Shown here in pieces: positions 27,177 through 34,099 of a stretch of DNA of 49,920 nucleotides. The translations under genes and the position numbers were made by a program. The stretch is from assembly GCA_018968925.1 (NCBI GenBank), contig JAGWZI010000001.1:1-49920 (forward strand), in the 5' to 3' direction. This DNA is from Patescibacteria group bacterium. GTDB lineage: Bacteria > Patescibacteriota > Minisyncoccia > Phycocordibacterales > GWA1-40-21. Position 1 is the stretch's first letter; every line of letters starts with the position of its first letter. The notes beneath the pieces were generated by a model, which was given only the letters and a program-made list of their open reading frames with translations, ran no database searches and was not told the origin of the DNA.

Positions 27177-27205
27177 TTGCTGAACGTGCAAAAAATTGTT
27201 ACAGT
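27177..27205 (+). promoter_or_regulatory. candidate promoter of tRNA-Glu
   Basis: TTGCTG (27177..27182), a 17-nt spacer, then TACAGT (27200..27205), 16 nt upstream of the tRNA 5' end. Confidence 0.35.
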
Positions 27206-27221
27206 ATGCCGGTTTCTTGCC

Positions 27222-27296
27222 GGCCCTATCGTCTAACGGCTAGGACACGGGCTTCTCAAGCCTGTAATCGGGGTTCGATTCCCCGTAGGGTCACCA
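27222..27296 (+). tRNA. tRNA-Glu (anticodon CUC), CCA encoded
   Basis: Hand-folded cloverleaf: acceptor GGCCCTA/TAGGGTC, D-stem GTCT/GGAC, anticodon stem CGGGC/GCCTG with loop TT-CTC-AA, 4-nt variable loop, T-arm CGGGG-TTCGATT-CCCCG, discriminator A, CCA. TCGTCTA..GG..AGGACAC is Glu-like. Confidence 0.9.
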
Positions 27297-27370
27297 CCGT
27301 TTAAATCTACGTATTCCAAAATCCCCCAGAAAATATTGGGTTATTTGTGAACGTGTCTCGATTTTATTGT

Positions 27371-27410
27371 TGGCACCCCTACGGGGAATCAAACCCCTTA
27401 CGGTGGTGCC
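27371..27410 (-). pseudogene. inverted tRNA 3'-half-like fragment (T-arm plus acceptor strand)
   Basis: The reverse complement of 27371..27398 is AGGGGTTTGATTCCCCGTAGGGGTGCCA. It matches the last 28 nt of the adjacent tRNA-Glu at 23/28 positions. No D-arm, anticodon arm or 5' acceptor strand is found, and GGCACC/GGTGCC closes an imperfect hairpin. Confidence 0.5.
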
Positions 27411-27512
27411 GGGTAGATTTCCGATCTCTTCTTTCGATATTTCCCCCATTCGATATGATTGATACTCATGGAGATGAGTATAGATAGTCCTTAGGAAAGC
27501 GTAAGACTCCCA

Positions 27513-27534
27513 AATGAGACCACTTGGTCTCCCT
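27513..27534. repeat. left copy of an imperfect direct repeat containing palindrome GAGACC-N4-GGTCTC
   Basis: AATGAGACCACTTGGTCTCCCT versus AATGCGACCATTTGGTCCCTT at 28282..28302, about 18/21 matches with one indel. Confidence 0.45.
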
Positions 27535-27574
27535 ATGATTACTAGCCCTTACCGGTCCAAACTGAATCATCAAC

Positions 27575-27610
27575 AACAAAAGAAAAAGACCTCGGAAAAA
27601 TCCGAGGTCT
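27575..27610 (-). terminator. rho-independent terminator of the island ORF
   Basis: Minus strand: agacctcgga-tttt-tccgaggtct (10-bp stem) followed by ttttcttttgttg, 15 nt after the stop at 27625. Confidence 0.7.
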
Positions 27611-27624
27611 CGAAAGCGAAAACG

Positions 27625-28167
27625 CTAATGCAAACCTGCAACGAAGTGCCGAATAACTGTTCCTTTAGGAACAAGAAACTTGTAATACACCTTTAATTTT
27701 GGGTCCAACAAAAAGTATGACCATTTTCCGGTGTAAATTATTTTCTCGTTCCATGTCTCAAGAACAGCATCCTTCCTTTCCTGCTCATAGATAGCTGAAG
27801 AATCTACCGATTTCTGTCCTTGAACAATTCCTCCATCCTTCTGTTCAGCGTAGTAAAGATAGGAACCCCCACGATCAACTGATCCAGTCCCCAGGATAAA
27901 GGAACCGTGGAACGATTGCCCATCATTGAAGGCAACCAGGGGTATCTCGCTAACTTTGAGATTCTCTTTCGGGAATATTCCTTGAAGAAACATAGTGGCA
28001 AGGCCCACAATAAAGAGTCCTCCAAGAACTCCGCAACCTCCGAAAAAAAACGGACCAATAATAAACATGGTCCAGTCATTCCGGAAAGAAAGTCCCTTTC
28101 TGCTAAGGATGATGAGGTTGATACACCACCCAACGCCAACGAGGAAGAAAATCAAAAGGCTAATCAT
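27625..28167 (-). CDS. orphan membrane protein (two N-terminal TM helices plus a ~110-aa soluble domain), AT-rich island
   Basis: 180 aa with a strong SD AGGAGG (28173..28178) 5 nt before the ATG, plus its own promoter and terminator. G+C is about 32% in 27661..27720 by hand count. I recognise no family. Confidence 0.7.
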   Translation of the reverse strand: MISLLIFFLVGVGWCINLIILSRKGLSFRNDWTMFIIGPFFFGGCGVLGGLFIVGLATMFLQGIFPKENLKVSEIPLVAFNDGQSFHGSFILGTGSVDRGGSYLYYAEQKDGGIVQGQKSVDSSAIYEQERKDAVLETWNEKIIYTGKWSYFLLDPKLKVYYKFLVPKGTVIRHFVAGLH

Positions 28168-28211
28168 TGAGCCCTCCTTCTATTTGAAGAACATATTTAA
28201 CTTCTAACAGG

Positions 28212-28240
28212 ACAGTAACATTTTGATACTATCTGTCAAA
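28212..28240 (-). promoter_or_regulatory. candidate promoter of the island ORF
   Basis: Minus strand: TTGACA (28240..28235), a 17-nt spacer, then TACTGT (28217..28212). Confidence 0.5.
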
Positions 28241-28281
28241 TATTGGGCTGTTAAGAGTGGTTATCTACAAAACCTATCGAG

Positions 28282-28302
28282 AATGCGACCATTTGGTCCC
28301 TT
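28282..28302. repeat. right copy of the imperfect direct repeat (GCGACC-N4-GGTCCC)
   Basis: See the left copy at 27513..27534. The two copies bracket the island ORF with its promoter and terminator. Confidence 0.45.
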
Positions 28303-28460
28303 GGCGGGATATTGTGGCGCGATACAATCAGATCCGAGGCAAAATTCAGGCGACTAATTCCCTATCAGCCTCGGTGTTCTCAAAATTTTTTCTGAAGTTT
28401 TTGACATACTCGAAAATCTGGTTTGAATTTTTCGAACAGAGGGTCACCAACTTATAAAAT

Positions 28461-28934
28461 TTAAACGGCCGGGCGATATTTCTCTGAAATCTTATGCCAG
28501 AAAGCGGTCACGGCAAGGGCGATGAGCATGCTTGCGACCACATCGATGGGATGATGGAGACCGACCGCGACACGGCTTGCCGCTATTGCAAGAGCAATCG
28601 CCCAGAGCGCAATCCCCAATTTTTTATTCCAGTACATGCCCACTGCGGCAAGCGAAGCGACCAGCAAGGTATGGTCGGAAGGAAATCCGTTGTCCGCGAC
28701 GTGCTGAATCAGCGGCGTAAAATGACCGACGACGAAAGGACGAGGATCGACATAGACGTGACTTGCCACAACGCCGACAGCATACGTCAGCAGTCCCGAT
28801 GGAACCGCAAAGAAGGCCATGCGTTTCATTTCGGCCCGGGAACGCTTGAAAAAATACACGCCGAGAATGACGGGCGGAAGGACAAAAAGATATTGCGCAG
28901 AAAAAATAAAAATGGCGTCCATAAGTGGTGTCAT
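28461..28934 (-). CDS. PAP2-family lipid phosphatase (undecaprenyl-diphosphatase/PgpB-like)
   Basis: From the ATG at 28934, 157 aa and multi-TM, with PAP2 motifs VDPRPF, FPSDHT and SRVAVGLHHPIDV. An ATGA overlap with the upstream ORF's stop is present. Confidence 0.85.
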   Translation of the reverse strand: MTPLMDAIFIFSAQYLFVLPPVILGVYFFKRSRAEMKRMAFFAVPSGLLTYAVGVVASHVYVDPRPFVVGHFTPLIQHVADNGFPSDHTLLVASLAAVGMYWNKKLGIALWAIALAIAASRVAVGLHHPIDVVASMLIALAVTAFWHKISEKYRPAV

Positions 28935-29239
28935 GCCGCCGCGGTTTCCTGATACCGTAGAGCGGTCAGAATCAGGCGGGAGGCTTCGGCATACTCCCCC
29001 GCATTGACGCAATTGCGCACATATTCGTTCTTTTTATTGTCGAGAATGGCGCTGAATCTTTTCCCGTACGCGTCAGACCAGGCGAGTTTTTCGGCGGATG
29101 TGGCGTCTTTCCCGATCATTTCGACCATGAGGCGCATCTGGAAATCGTTTCGTTTTGCCAAATCGAAATGCTCATAATCCGGATGATGTTCATCCACATT
29201 TTCATCGATAATGACCCGGTGCGGAGGCTGTTCGAACAT
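28931..29239 (-). CDS. small hypothetical protein (102 aa)
   Basis: Soluble acidic protein lying between murF and the PAP2 gene and translationally coupled to the PAP2 gene. I recognise no family. Confidence 0.5.
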   Translation of the reverse strand: MFEQPPHRVIIDENVDEHHPDYEHFDLAKRNDFQMRLMVEMIGKDATSAEKLAWSDAYGKRFSAILDNKKNEYVRNCVNAGEYAEASRLILTALRYQETAAA

Positions 29240-29251
29240 GCGAAAAGCGTA

Positions 29252-30502
29252 TCACGTTTCGTCGGCGGATTCCAGAGCGATTGTTTTCACAATCCGTTCC
29301 ATCCGCATGGCACGCGAGCCTTTGACAAGGATAATGTCATTGTTTTTCAGGATTTCTCCGATACGGTCCGCCGTTTCAAATGAATCATCGAACTCGAAGA
29401 TGCGGTCGTCAGCCATGCCGGCGTCGAGCGCGCCTTCGGCGATTTTCCGCGCGCGGATGCCGACCGTGACGAGAATGTCGGCCGATGCGGCGGCCTTCTT
29501 GCCTATTTCCGTATGTTCCTCCAAGGAATGGGCGCCGAGCTCGAGCATATCGCCGAGAATGGCGATCTTCCGGCCTTTCGTCTTCATATCAGAAAGCGTC
29601 GAAAGCGCGCTTGCCGCCGCGGCCGGCGATGAATTGTAGCTGTCATCGACAATGATCGCGCCGTTCTTGCCGGGCACAAGCTTCATGCGGCCCGGGGGCG
29701 TCTCATATTCCGCAAGCGCCTGGGCGGCATCGACGAGATTGACTTTCTCCGCGAGCGCAACGGCGAGCGCGGCAAGCGACGCGTAGACGGAATGGATGCC
29801 GACCGATCCGCGAATGAGGACCGGCACGACATTGTTGCCCTGGGATATCTTGAACGTCATTCCCGAAGGTTTTCCGTCTTCGGAAACGATCGACGCTTCC
29901 GAAGCGCGGATATCGGCGAGGTTCGTCGTGCCGTACACGACCGCCGCGTTCGGCGATGCGGCGCGGATCGCGAGGCAATCGTCGTCATCGGCGTTCACGA
30001 CGAGCGTGCCGTCATGCTTGAGCGCGTCAACCAGGTATTGCTTTTCGCGGACGATCGCGTCGCGGTTTGGAAAGAATTCGATGTGCACCGGCACCTTGGC
30101 AAATCCGGTCAGGACGACGACATCGGGCGAAAGCCATTTTGCGATCTTGGCGATCTCTCTCGGACGGTCAGCGCCGATCTCGAGGATGAGATAATCCGGA
30201 TAGTTCGTATGGAACAGGGCCACCGATAGGCCTCTCCAGAGCACCGAAAGCCAGAGGAAAATATCCCGGCCGGGATCTGCCGCGCCGATGATCGCAAGCG
30301 GGATGCCGATGCCGTTCGCGGTTATTGTCCCGCTTTTGCGGACATAAGAAAAACGGGAGAGAACGGTCACGATCGCGTCCTTCGCCGACGTCTTGCCGAT
30401 ATTGCCCGTGACCGCGACGATCTGCGGCGCATGCTTCCGGATAACGAGGCTGGCTTGCCAGGCGATGATGGATTCGACGATCTGTTTCAGAAAATTGTCC
30501 AT
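29252..30502 (-). CDS. murF: Mur ligase, MurF-type (UDP-MurNAc-tripeptide--D-Ala-D-Ala ligase-like), lacking the N-terminal domain
   Basis: 416 aa with a P-loop VTGNIGKTS already at aa 31-39, the MurF-like DDSYNSSP block, and a C-terminal ILGDMLELG. It sits in a dcw context after ftsI. Confidence 0.75.
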   Translation of the reverse strand: MDNFLKQIVESIIAWQASLVIRKHAPQIVAVTGNIGKTSAKDAIVTVLSRFSYVRKSGTITANGIGIPLAIIGAADPGRDIFLWLSVLWRGLSVALFHTNYPDYLILEIGADRPREIAKIAKWLSPDVVVLTGFAKVPVHIEFFPNRDAIVREKQYLVDALKHDGTLVVNADDDDCLAIRAASPNAAVVYGTTNLADIRASEASIVSEDGKPSGMTFKISQGNNVVPVLIRGSVGIHSVYASLAALAVALAEKVNLVDAAQALAEYETPPGRMKLVPGKNGAIIVDDSYNSSPAAAASALSTLSDMKTKGRKIAILGDMLELGAHSLEEHTEIGKKAAASADILVTVGIRARKIAEGALDAGMADDRIFEFDDSFETADRIGEILKNNDIILVKGSRAMRMERIVKTIALESADET

Positions 30503-30509
30503 ATTTTTA

Positions 30510-32258
30510 CTATCGATCCGGCGGAATCTCGTAATAATTGATGAGAAAGCGGGCGATGTCGAAGAACGGATCGGTCAGCGTCTGCGAAGCATAGTTCACA
30601 CCCTGCGGCTTGTAGGTATAGAGAAAGACAAGAAAACGCGGATGGTAAGCCGGGAAATAGCCGAAAAAGGAATGCAGGTACTGGTCCGGATAATATCCGC
30701 TTCCTTCGGCTGCCGGCCGCGCGATCTGCGCCGTGCCCGTTTTCGCGGCAACGCTGTAATGCGCTATCTTCGCGTTCGGATTGACCGCCGAGAGCGACGT
30801 GTCGACATAGGTGACGAGCATTTTCGTGACGGTCTCGACGGTCGAGGGTTTCAGCACTTCGACCGCATTATCGGAATCGTCGACTGTCTTCGACAGCCCG
30901 GTAAGATAGTCGATTTTGCTTGCCACATGCGGCGTGACGACCTTGCCGCCGTTCGCCAGAATGCACAGCGCTCGGACGGTGTCGATCGGCGTCATCGAAA
31001 TGCCCTGACCGAAGGATGCGGTGTCATATTCGACCTGCTTCTGGTTGTTCAGATTGTCAACGAGATTGGAAATGTCTCCCGCCGCCTCGTCCGGCAGATC
31101 GATGCCCGTCTCCTGTCCGAGGCCGAAGGCCTGGAAATAATCGAGCATGGTCGGCTTGCCCATCTTGGTCGCGATGAACGACGCCCCGACGTTGAGCGAT
31201 TCGTTGATGACGACCTGGAGCGGAATGATACCGCGTGCCTTGCCGTCAAAATTATGGATCGTCTTGCCGTCGACCGTGATCGAACCGGTATCGTCATAGG
31301 TCGTCGTCGCGGTCACCGCGCCCGAATCGATGCCGGCGGCAAGCGTCAAAGGCTTGACGATCGAGCCCATCTCGTATGCATTCGAGACGAGCGGATCGGC
31401 ATAGATGCTCACGTCCGTCTGATTGCGAAAATCGTTCAGGTTGAAATTCGGATACATGCCCATGGCGTCGATCTGCCCGCTTGCCGGATCGATGACGATC
31501 GCGCCGGTCTCCGCGGAATGCCATTTCGCGTTCGCCGCCGCGATCTCCTTCTCGACAAAACCCTGCACTTCGGGATCAATGCCGGTCACCACGTCTCCTT
31601 CACTCTCGTCGTGCCCGAGAAAATTATCCCTGATGTCGGAAAAAAGGCCGGCGAACGTATTCATCGTCACGTTCGAATCATTGCGCGAAAGCGTGCTGTC
31701 GTAATAATTCTCAAGACCGTACCGGCCGACCAGGTTCGTGCCCGTATCGTCATATGCCACGAAACCGATGACCCGCGAGGCCAAGTCGCTTCCGGGATAG
31801 TAGCGCCACTTTTCCTTCGCAATGACCACGCCGGGCAGATTCAAGGCGTCGATCTTTTGCACCTGGTCTTCCGGCACCTTGTCGGCAATGACGTTATAGA
31901 CCGCGCCGGTTTTCGCCGCTTTTGCATAAAAATCCGCCTTATCAAGCGGGAGGATGGCTGAGAGCTTGGCATAATATTCGTCCGTATCCGTCGCCATGAC
32001 CGTATTGTTGATCGCGACGGTGTAGCCTGACTGGAGCCCTGCGGCGGTGACCTCGGTGCCGTCTTTTGAAGTAAAGAAGATGCTGCCACGGTCGAACGTG
32101 TCATTCACGACGTTCACGTACTGGCTGTTCGCCTTATCGCTATAATATTCACCGTGCACGATCTGCAAGAAATACAGCCGTACCAGCATGACGAGCGCGA
32201 ACAGGACAAAAGCGCCGAAAATGAACCGGATACGATGCTGGAACGACTTAGTTTTCAT
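30510..32258 (-). CDS. ftsI: penicillin-binding protein, class B transpeptidase (FtsI-type)
   Basis: From the ATG at 32258: a TM (FIFGAFVLFALVMLV), a dimerisation domain, and transpeptidase motifs GSIVKP (SxxK), ESLN (SxN) and KTGTA. The Arg-rich N-terminal extension of the track ORF is rejected. Confidence 0.85.
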   Translation of the reverse strand: MKTKSFQHRIRFIFGAFVLFALVMLVRLYFLQIVHGEYYSDKANSQYVNVVNDTFDRGSIFFTSKDGTEVTAAGLQSGYTVAINNTVMATDTDEYYAKLSAILPLDKADFYAKAAKTGAVYNVIADKVPEDQVQKIDALNLPGVVIAKEKWRYYPGSDLASRVIGFVAYDDTGTNLVGRYGLENYYDSTLSRNDSNVTMNTFAGLFSDIRDNFLGHDESEGDVVTGIDPEVQGFVEKEIAAANAKWHSAETGAIVIDPASGQIDAMGMYPNFNLNDFRNQTDVSIYADPLVSNAYEMGSIVKPLTLAAGIDSGAVTATTTYDDTGSITVDGKTIHNFDGKARGIIPLQVVINESLNVGASFIATKMGKPTMLDYFQAFGLGQETGIDLPDEAAGDISNLVDNLNNQKQVEYDTASFGQGISMTPIDTVRALCILANGGKVVTPHVASKIDYLTGLSKTVDDSDNAVEVLKPSTVETVTKMLVTYVDTSLSAVNPNAKIAHYSVAAKTGTAQIARPAAEGSGYYPDQYLHSFFGYFPAYHPRFLVFLYTYKPQGVNYASQTLTDPFFDIARFLINYYEIPPDR

Positions 32259-32586
32259 TGACAGACAGGGCGGCGACCTTCTCCGCAGGCTCAGCGACGG
32301 CAAACACATTTTCCGGCACCGCCACGAACCCTTTCGTCTTGGCAAGATCCATCGTGATAGCGTCTTCGAGGGCGAGATATGAGGATTCGAGGGTGCCGAC
32401 CTGTTCATTGAGCGACGACATTTGCGATTCAAGACCCTGTTTCGCGACCGCGTTTTCGATCGACCTCTCGACCAGGAAACCGTACGAGAGACCGAGCATG
32501 ACGAGCAATCCGAAGAGCGTCCAGAAGATCATTTTCTCCCGATACTCGATCCGTTCTATTTGGCTTTTGATGATTTGGGCTACCAT
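32248..32586 (-). CDS. FtsL-like bitopic cell-division protein
   Basis: 112 aa with a single TM (IFWTLFGLLVMLGLSYGFLV) followed by a coiled-coil-like segment. It lies between rsmH and ftsI, as ftsL does. Confidence 0.55.
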   Translation of the reverse strand: MVAQIIKSQIERIEYREKMIFWTLFGLLVMLGLSYGFLVERSIENAVAKQGLESQMSSLNEQVGTLESSYLALEDAITMDLAKTKGFVAVPENVFAVAEPAEKVAALSVNEN

Positions 32587-32594
32587 ATGTTTTT

Positions 32595-33482
32595 TCAGAC
32601 CTTTTCGATGATTCGTAATTTTGCGCTTCTCGACCTCGGATTCTCCTTTTCTTCTTCCGCCGACGGCGCAATCGGTTTCTTATTGATACATTTTGCTTTC
32701 TTTCCTTTTGCCATATCCCTGAAAAAATTCTTCACTTCGCGGTCCTCGACGGAATGAAACGTGATGATCGCCATCCGCCCGCCGTTTGCAAGGAGATCGA
32801 GTCCTTTCGCCATCCCCTCTTGCAAGGCGCCGATCTCGTCGTTCACCGCGATCCGCAGAGCCTGGAACGTCTTTGTCGCGGGATTCACTTTTCCGCGCCG
32901 GTATGCCGCCGGCACCGCGCTGCGGACGATCTCGACAAGATCGAACGTCGTCTCGATCGGTCTTGCTCTCCTCGCACGGGCGATGGCTTTCGCGATCCGT
33001 CGGGCATACCGTTCGTCCGCATAGCCGTAGAGAATGTCCGCGATCGTCTCTTCCTTCCAAGTGTTCACGATCGTCCGTGCGGTGATCGTTTCCTTTCCTT
33101 CGCTCATCGTCATGAGAAGCGGTTCGTCCTTTTGAAAAGAAAATCCCCTGCCGGAATGCTCAAGCTCGTCGCTTGAAATGCCGAGGTCGAGGAGGATCGC
33201 GTCGACATTCCGTACGCCGAGTTTCGCGAGCACCGCATCCATGTCGCGATAATTGCCGACGACGAAACGGTGAACTCCCGGCAGATCTTTGAATTTCTCT
33301 TCTGCATGCCGGACGGCGCTTTCGCTCCGATCCGTGCCGATGATCGCCACGTCTTTGCCGAAACGGCGGTAGACTTCTGCCGCATGTCCCGCGGCGCCGA
33401 GCGTTCCGTCAAAATACGTCTTGCCGGAAGAAAGGTTCAATCCGTCTATCGATTCATGTAAAAGAACTGCGCGGTGGATCAT
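32595..33482 (-). CDS. rsmH: 16S rRNA (cytosine1402-N4)-methyltransferase RsmH/MraW
   Basis: From the ATG at 33482: MIHRAVLLHESIDGLNL..., DGTLGAAGHA, LLDLGISSDELE, ITFHSVEDREVK, SAKLR. Confidence 0.9.
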   Translation of the reverse strand: MIHRAVLLHESIDGLNLSSGKTYFDGTLGAAGHAAEVYRRFGKDVAIIGTDRSESAVRHAEEKFKDLPGVHRFVVGNYRDMDAVLAKLGVRNVDAILLDLGISSDELEHSGRGFSFQKDEPLLMTMSEGKETITARTIVNTWKEETIADILYGYADERYARRIAKAIARARRARPIETTFDLVEIVRSAVPAAYRRGKVNPATKTFQALRIAVNDEIGALQEGMAKGLDLLANGGRMAIITFHSVEDREVKNFFRDMAKGKKAKCINKKPIAPSAEEEKENPRSRSAKLRIIEKV

Positions 33483-33483
33483 G

Positions 33484-33918
33484 TTAGAGCGCGCCCGCCT
33501 GGCCCAGTTTCTCCGCGAGCTGGTCGGCGCGCTTTTCCACGACCGACTTGTGCTCGCTCCACGCTTCCTCGCTCCAGATCTCGACGCGGTTGCCCACGCC
33601 GACAACGGCGACTTTGGCCTTGAGGGCCGCGCGCCGCACGAGGAAGTCAGGGATGAGGATGCGGCCGATCGTGTCGACCGCCACTTCGGTCGCCGAGCCG
33701 AACATGTAGCGGTTGAAGCTCCGGTTGTCCGCGGCGAGCATCGAGAACTGCCCGAGCTTCGACGAAATATCCTTCCATTGCGCGAGCGTGAAGAGCCAGA
33801 GACAGCCGTCGAGGCCCGCCGTCACGACGATCGTCTTGCCGATCTCCTTGCGGAATTTCACCGGCAGCGAAACGCGCTTTTTCTCGTCGAGCGTGTGGAT
33901 GTATTCGCCGATAAGCAT
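33484..33918 (-). CDS. mraZ: transcriptional regulator MraZ
   Basis: From the ATG at 33918: MLIGEYIHTLDEKKRVSLPVKFRKEIG, with a second SpoVT/AbrB-like half DTIGRILIPDFL. Confidence 0.9.
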   Translation of the reverse strand: MLIGEYIHTLDEKKRVSLPVKFRKEIGKTIVVTAGLDGCLWLFTLAQWKDISSKLGQFSMLAADNRSFNRYMFGSATEVAVDTIGRILIPDFLVRRAALKAKVAVVGVGNRVEIWSEEAWSEHKSVVEKRADQLAEKLGQAGAL

Positions 33919-33962
33919 GACCTTTTGCGCGCGGGCGAAATTTTTTATGAAAATTCTTTTGT

Positions 33963-34008
33963 CCCACTTTCTCCCACGCACTTACTATTTTATAGCACTT
34001 TATCCCAC
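33963..34008 (-). promoter_or_regulatory. putative MraZ operator repeats (GTGGG x3) around the mraZ promoter
   Basis: On the coding strand GTGGG occurs at 34008..34004, 33977..33973 and 33967..33963. The last two are exactly 10 bp apart. A TATAAA -10 candidate lies at 33994..33989 between boxes 1 and 2. Confidence 0.5.
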
Positions 34009-34041
34009 ACTACAACATTTTCCTGTTGATAACTTTGCACG

Positions 34042-34080
34042 AAAAAACCCCGATTTTACCTTGTAAAATCAGGGTTTTTT
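34042..34080 (-). terminator. rho-independent terminator after lysS (structurally bidirectional)
   Basis: Minus strand: aaaaaaccctgatttta-caag-gtaaaatcggggtttttt, 20 nt after the lysS stop. Confidence 0.7.
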
Positions 34081-34099
34081 GAAATTTTGGTTCCGCGTT

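Noticed and set aside
27371-27480. Possible complete minus-strand tRNA gene downstream of tRNA-Glu
   Set aside because: Only the T-arm and the 3' acceptor strand are recognisable. No complementary 5' acceptor strand (ACCCCTA), D-arm or anticodon arm is found in the ~75 nt upstream. It is reported as a fragment instead.
27514-27696. 60-aa plus-strand ORF in the island
   Set aside because: It runs through the terminator hairpin of the convincing minus-strand ORF and into its 3' end. It has no start-site signals.
28257-28457. 66-aa plus-strand ORF with a GTG start inside the AT-rich island
   Set aside because: It has no RBS. It spans the right direct repeat and several hairpins, and its composition is phenylalanine/lysine-rich as expected from random AT-rich sequence. 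I cannot support it as a gene.
27297-28460. Calling the tRNA-adjacent island a mobile element or prophage remnant
   Set aside because: No integrase, transposase, excisionase or phage structural gene is present, and the tRNA-derived repeat is inverted rather than direct. It is reported as a compositional island with repeats only.
30393-31961. 522-aa plus-strand ORF. Similar long antisense ORFs occur at 34079..35554, 41258..42901, 47805..49058, 3060..4304, 1887..2699, 6482..7483, 8681..9574, 10706..11641, 39241..40179 and 20442..21602
   Set aside because: All lie antisense to genes with strong family signatures (ftsI, lysS, rseP/frr, serS, ppdK, GH130, ackA, mreB, sigma-like). Their translations are Arg-rich and repetitive. 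They are GC-bias artefacts.
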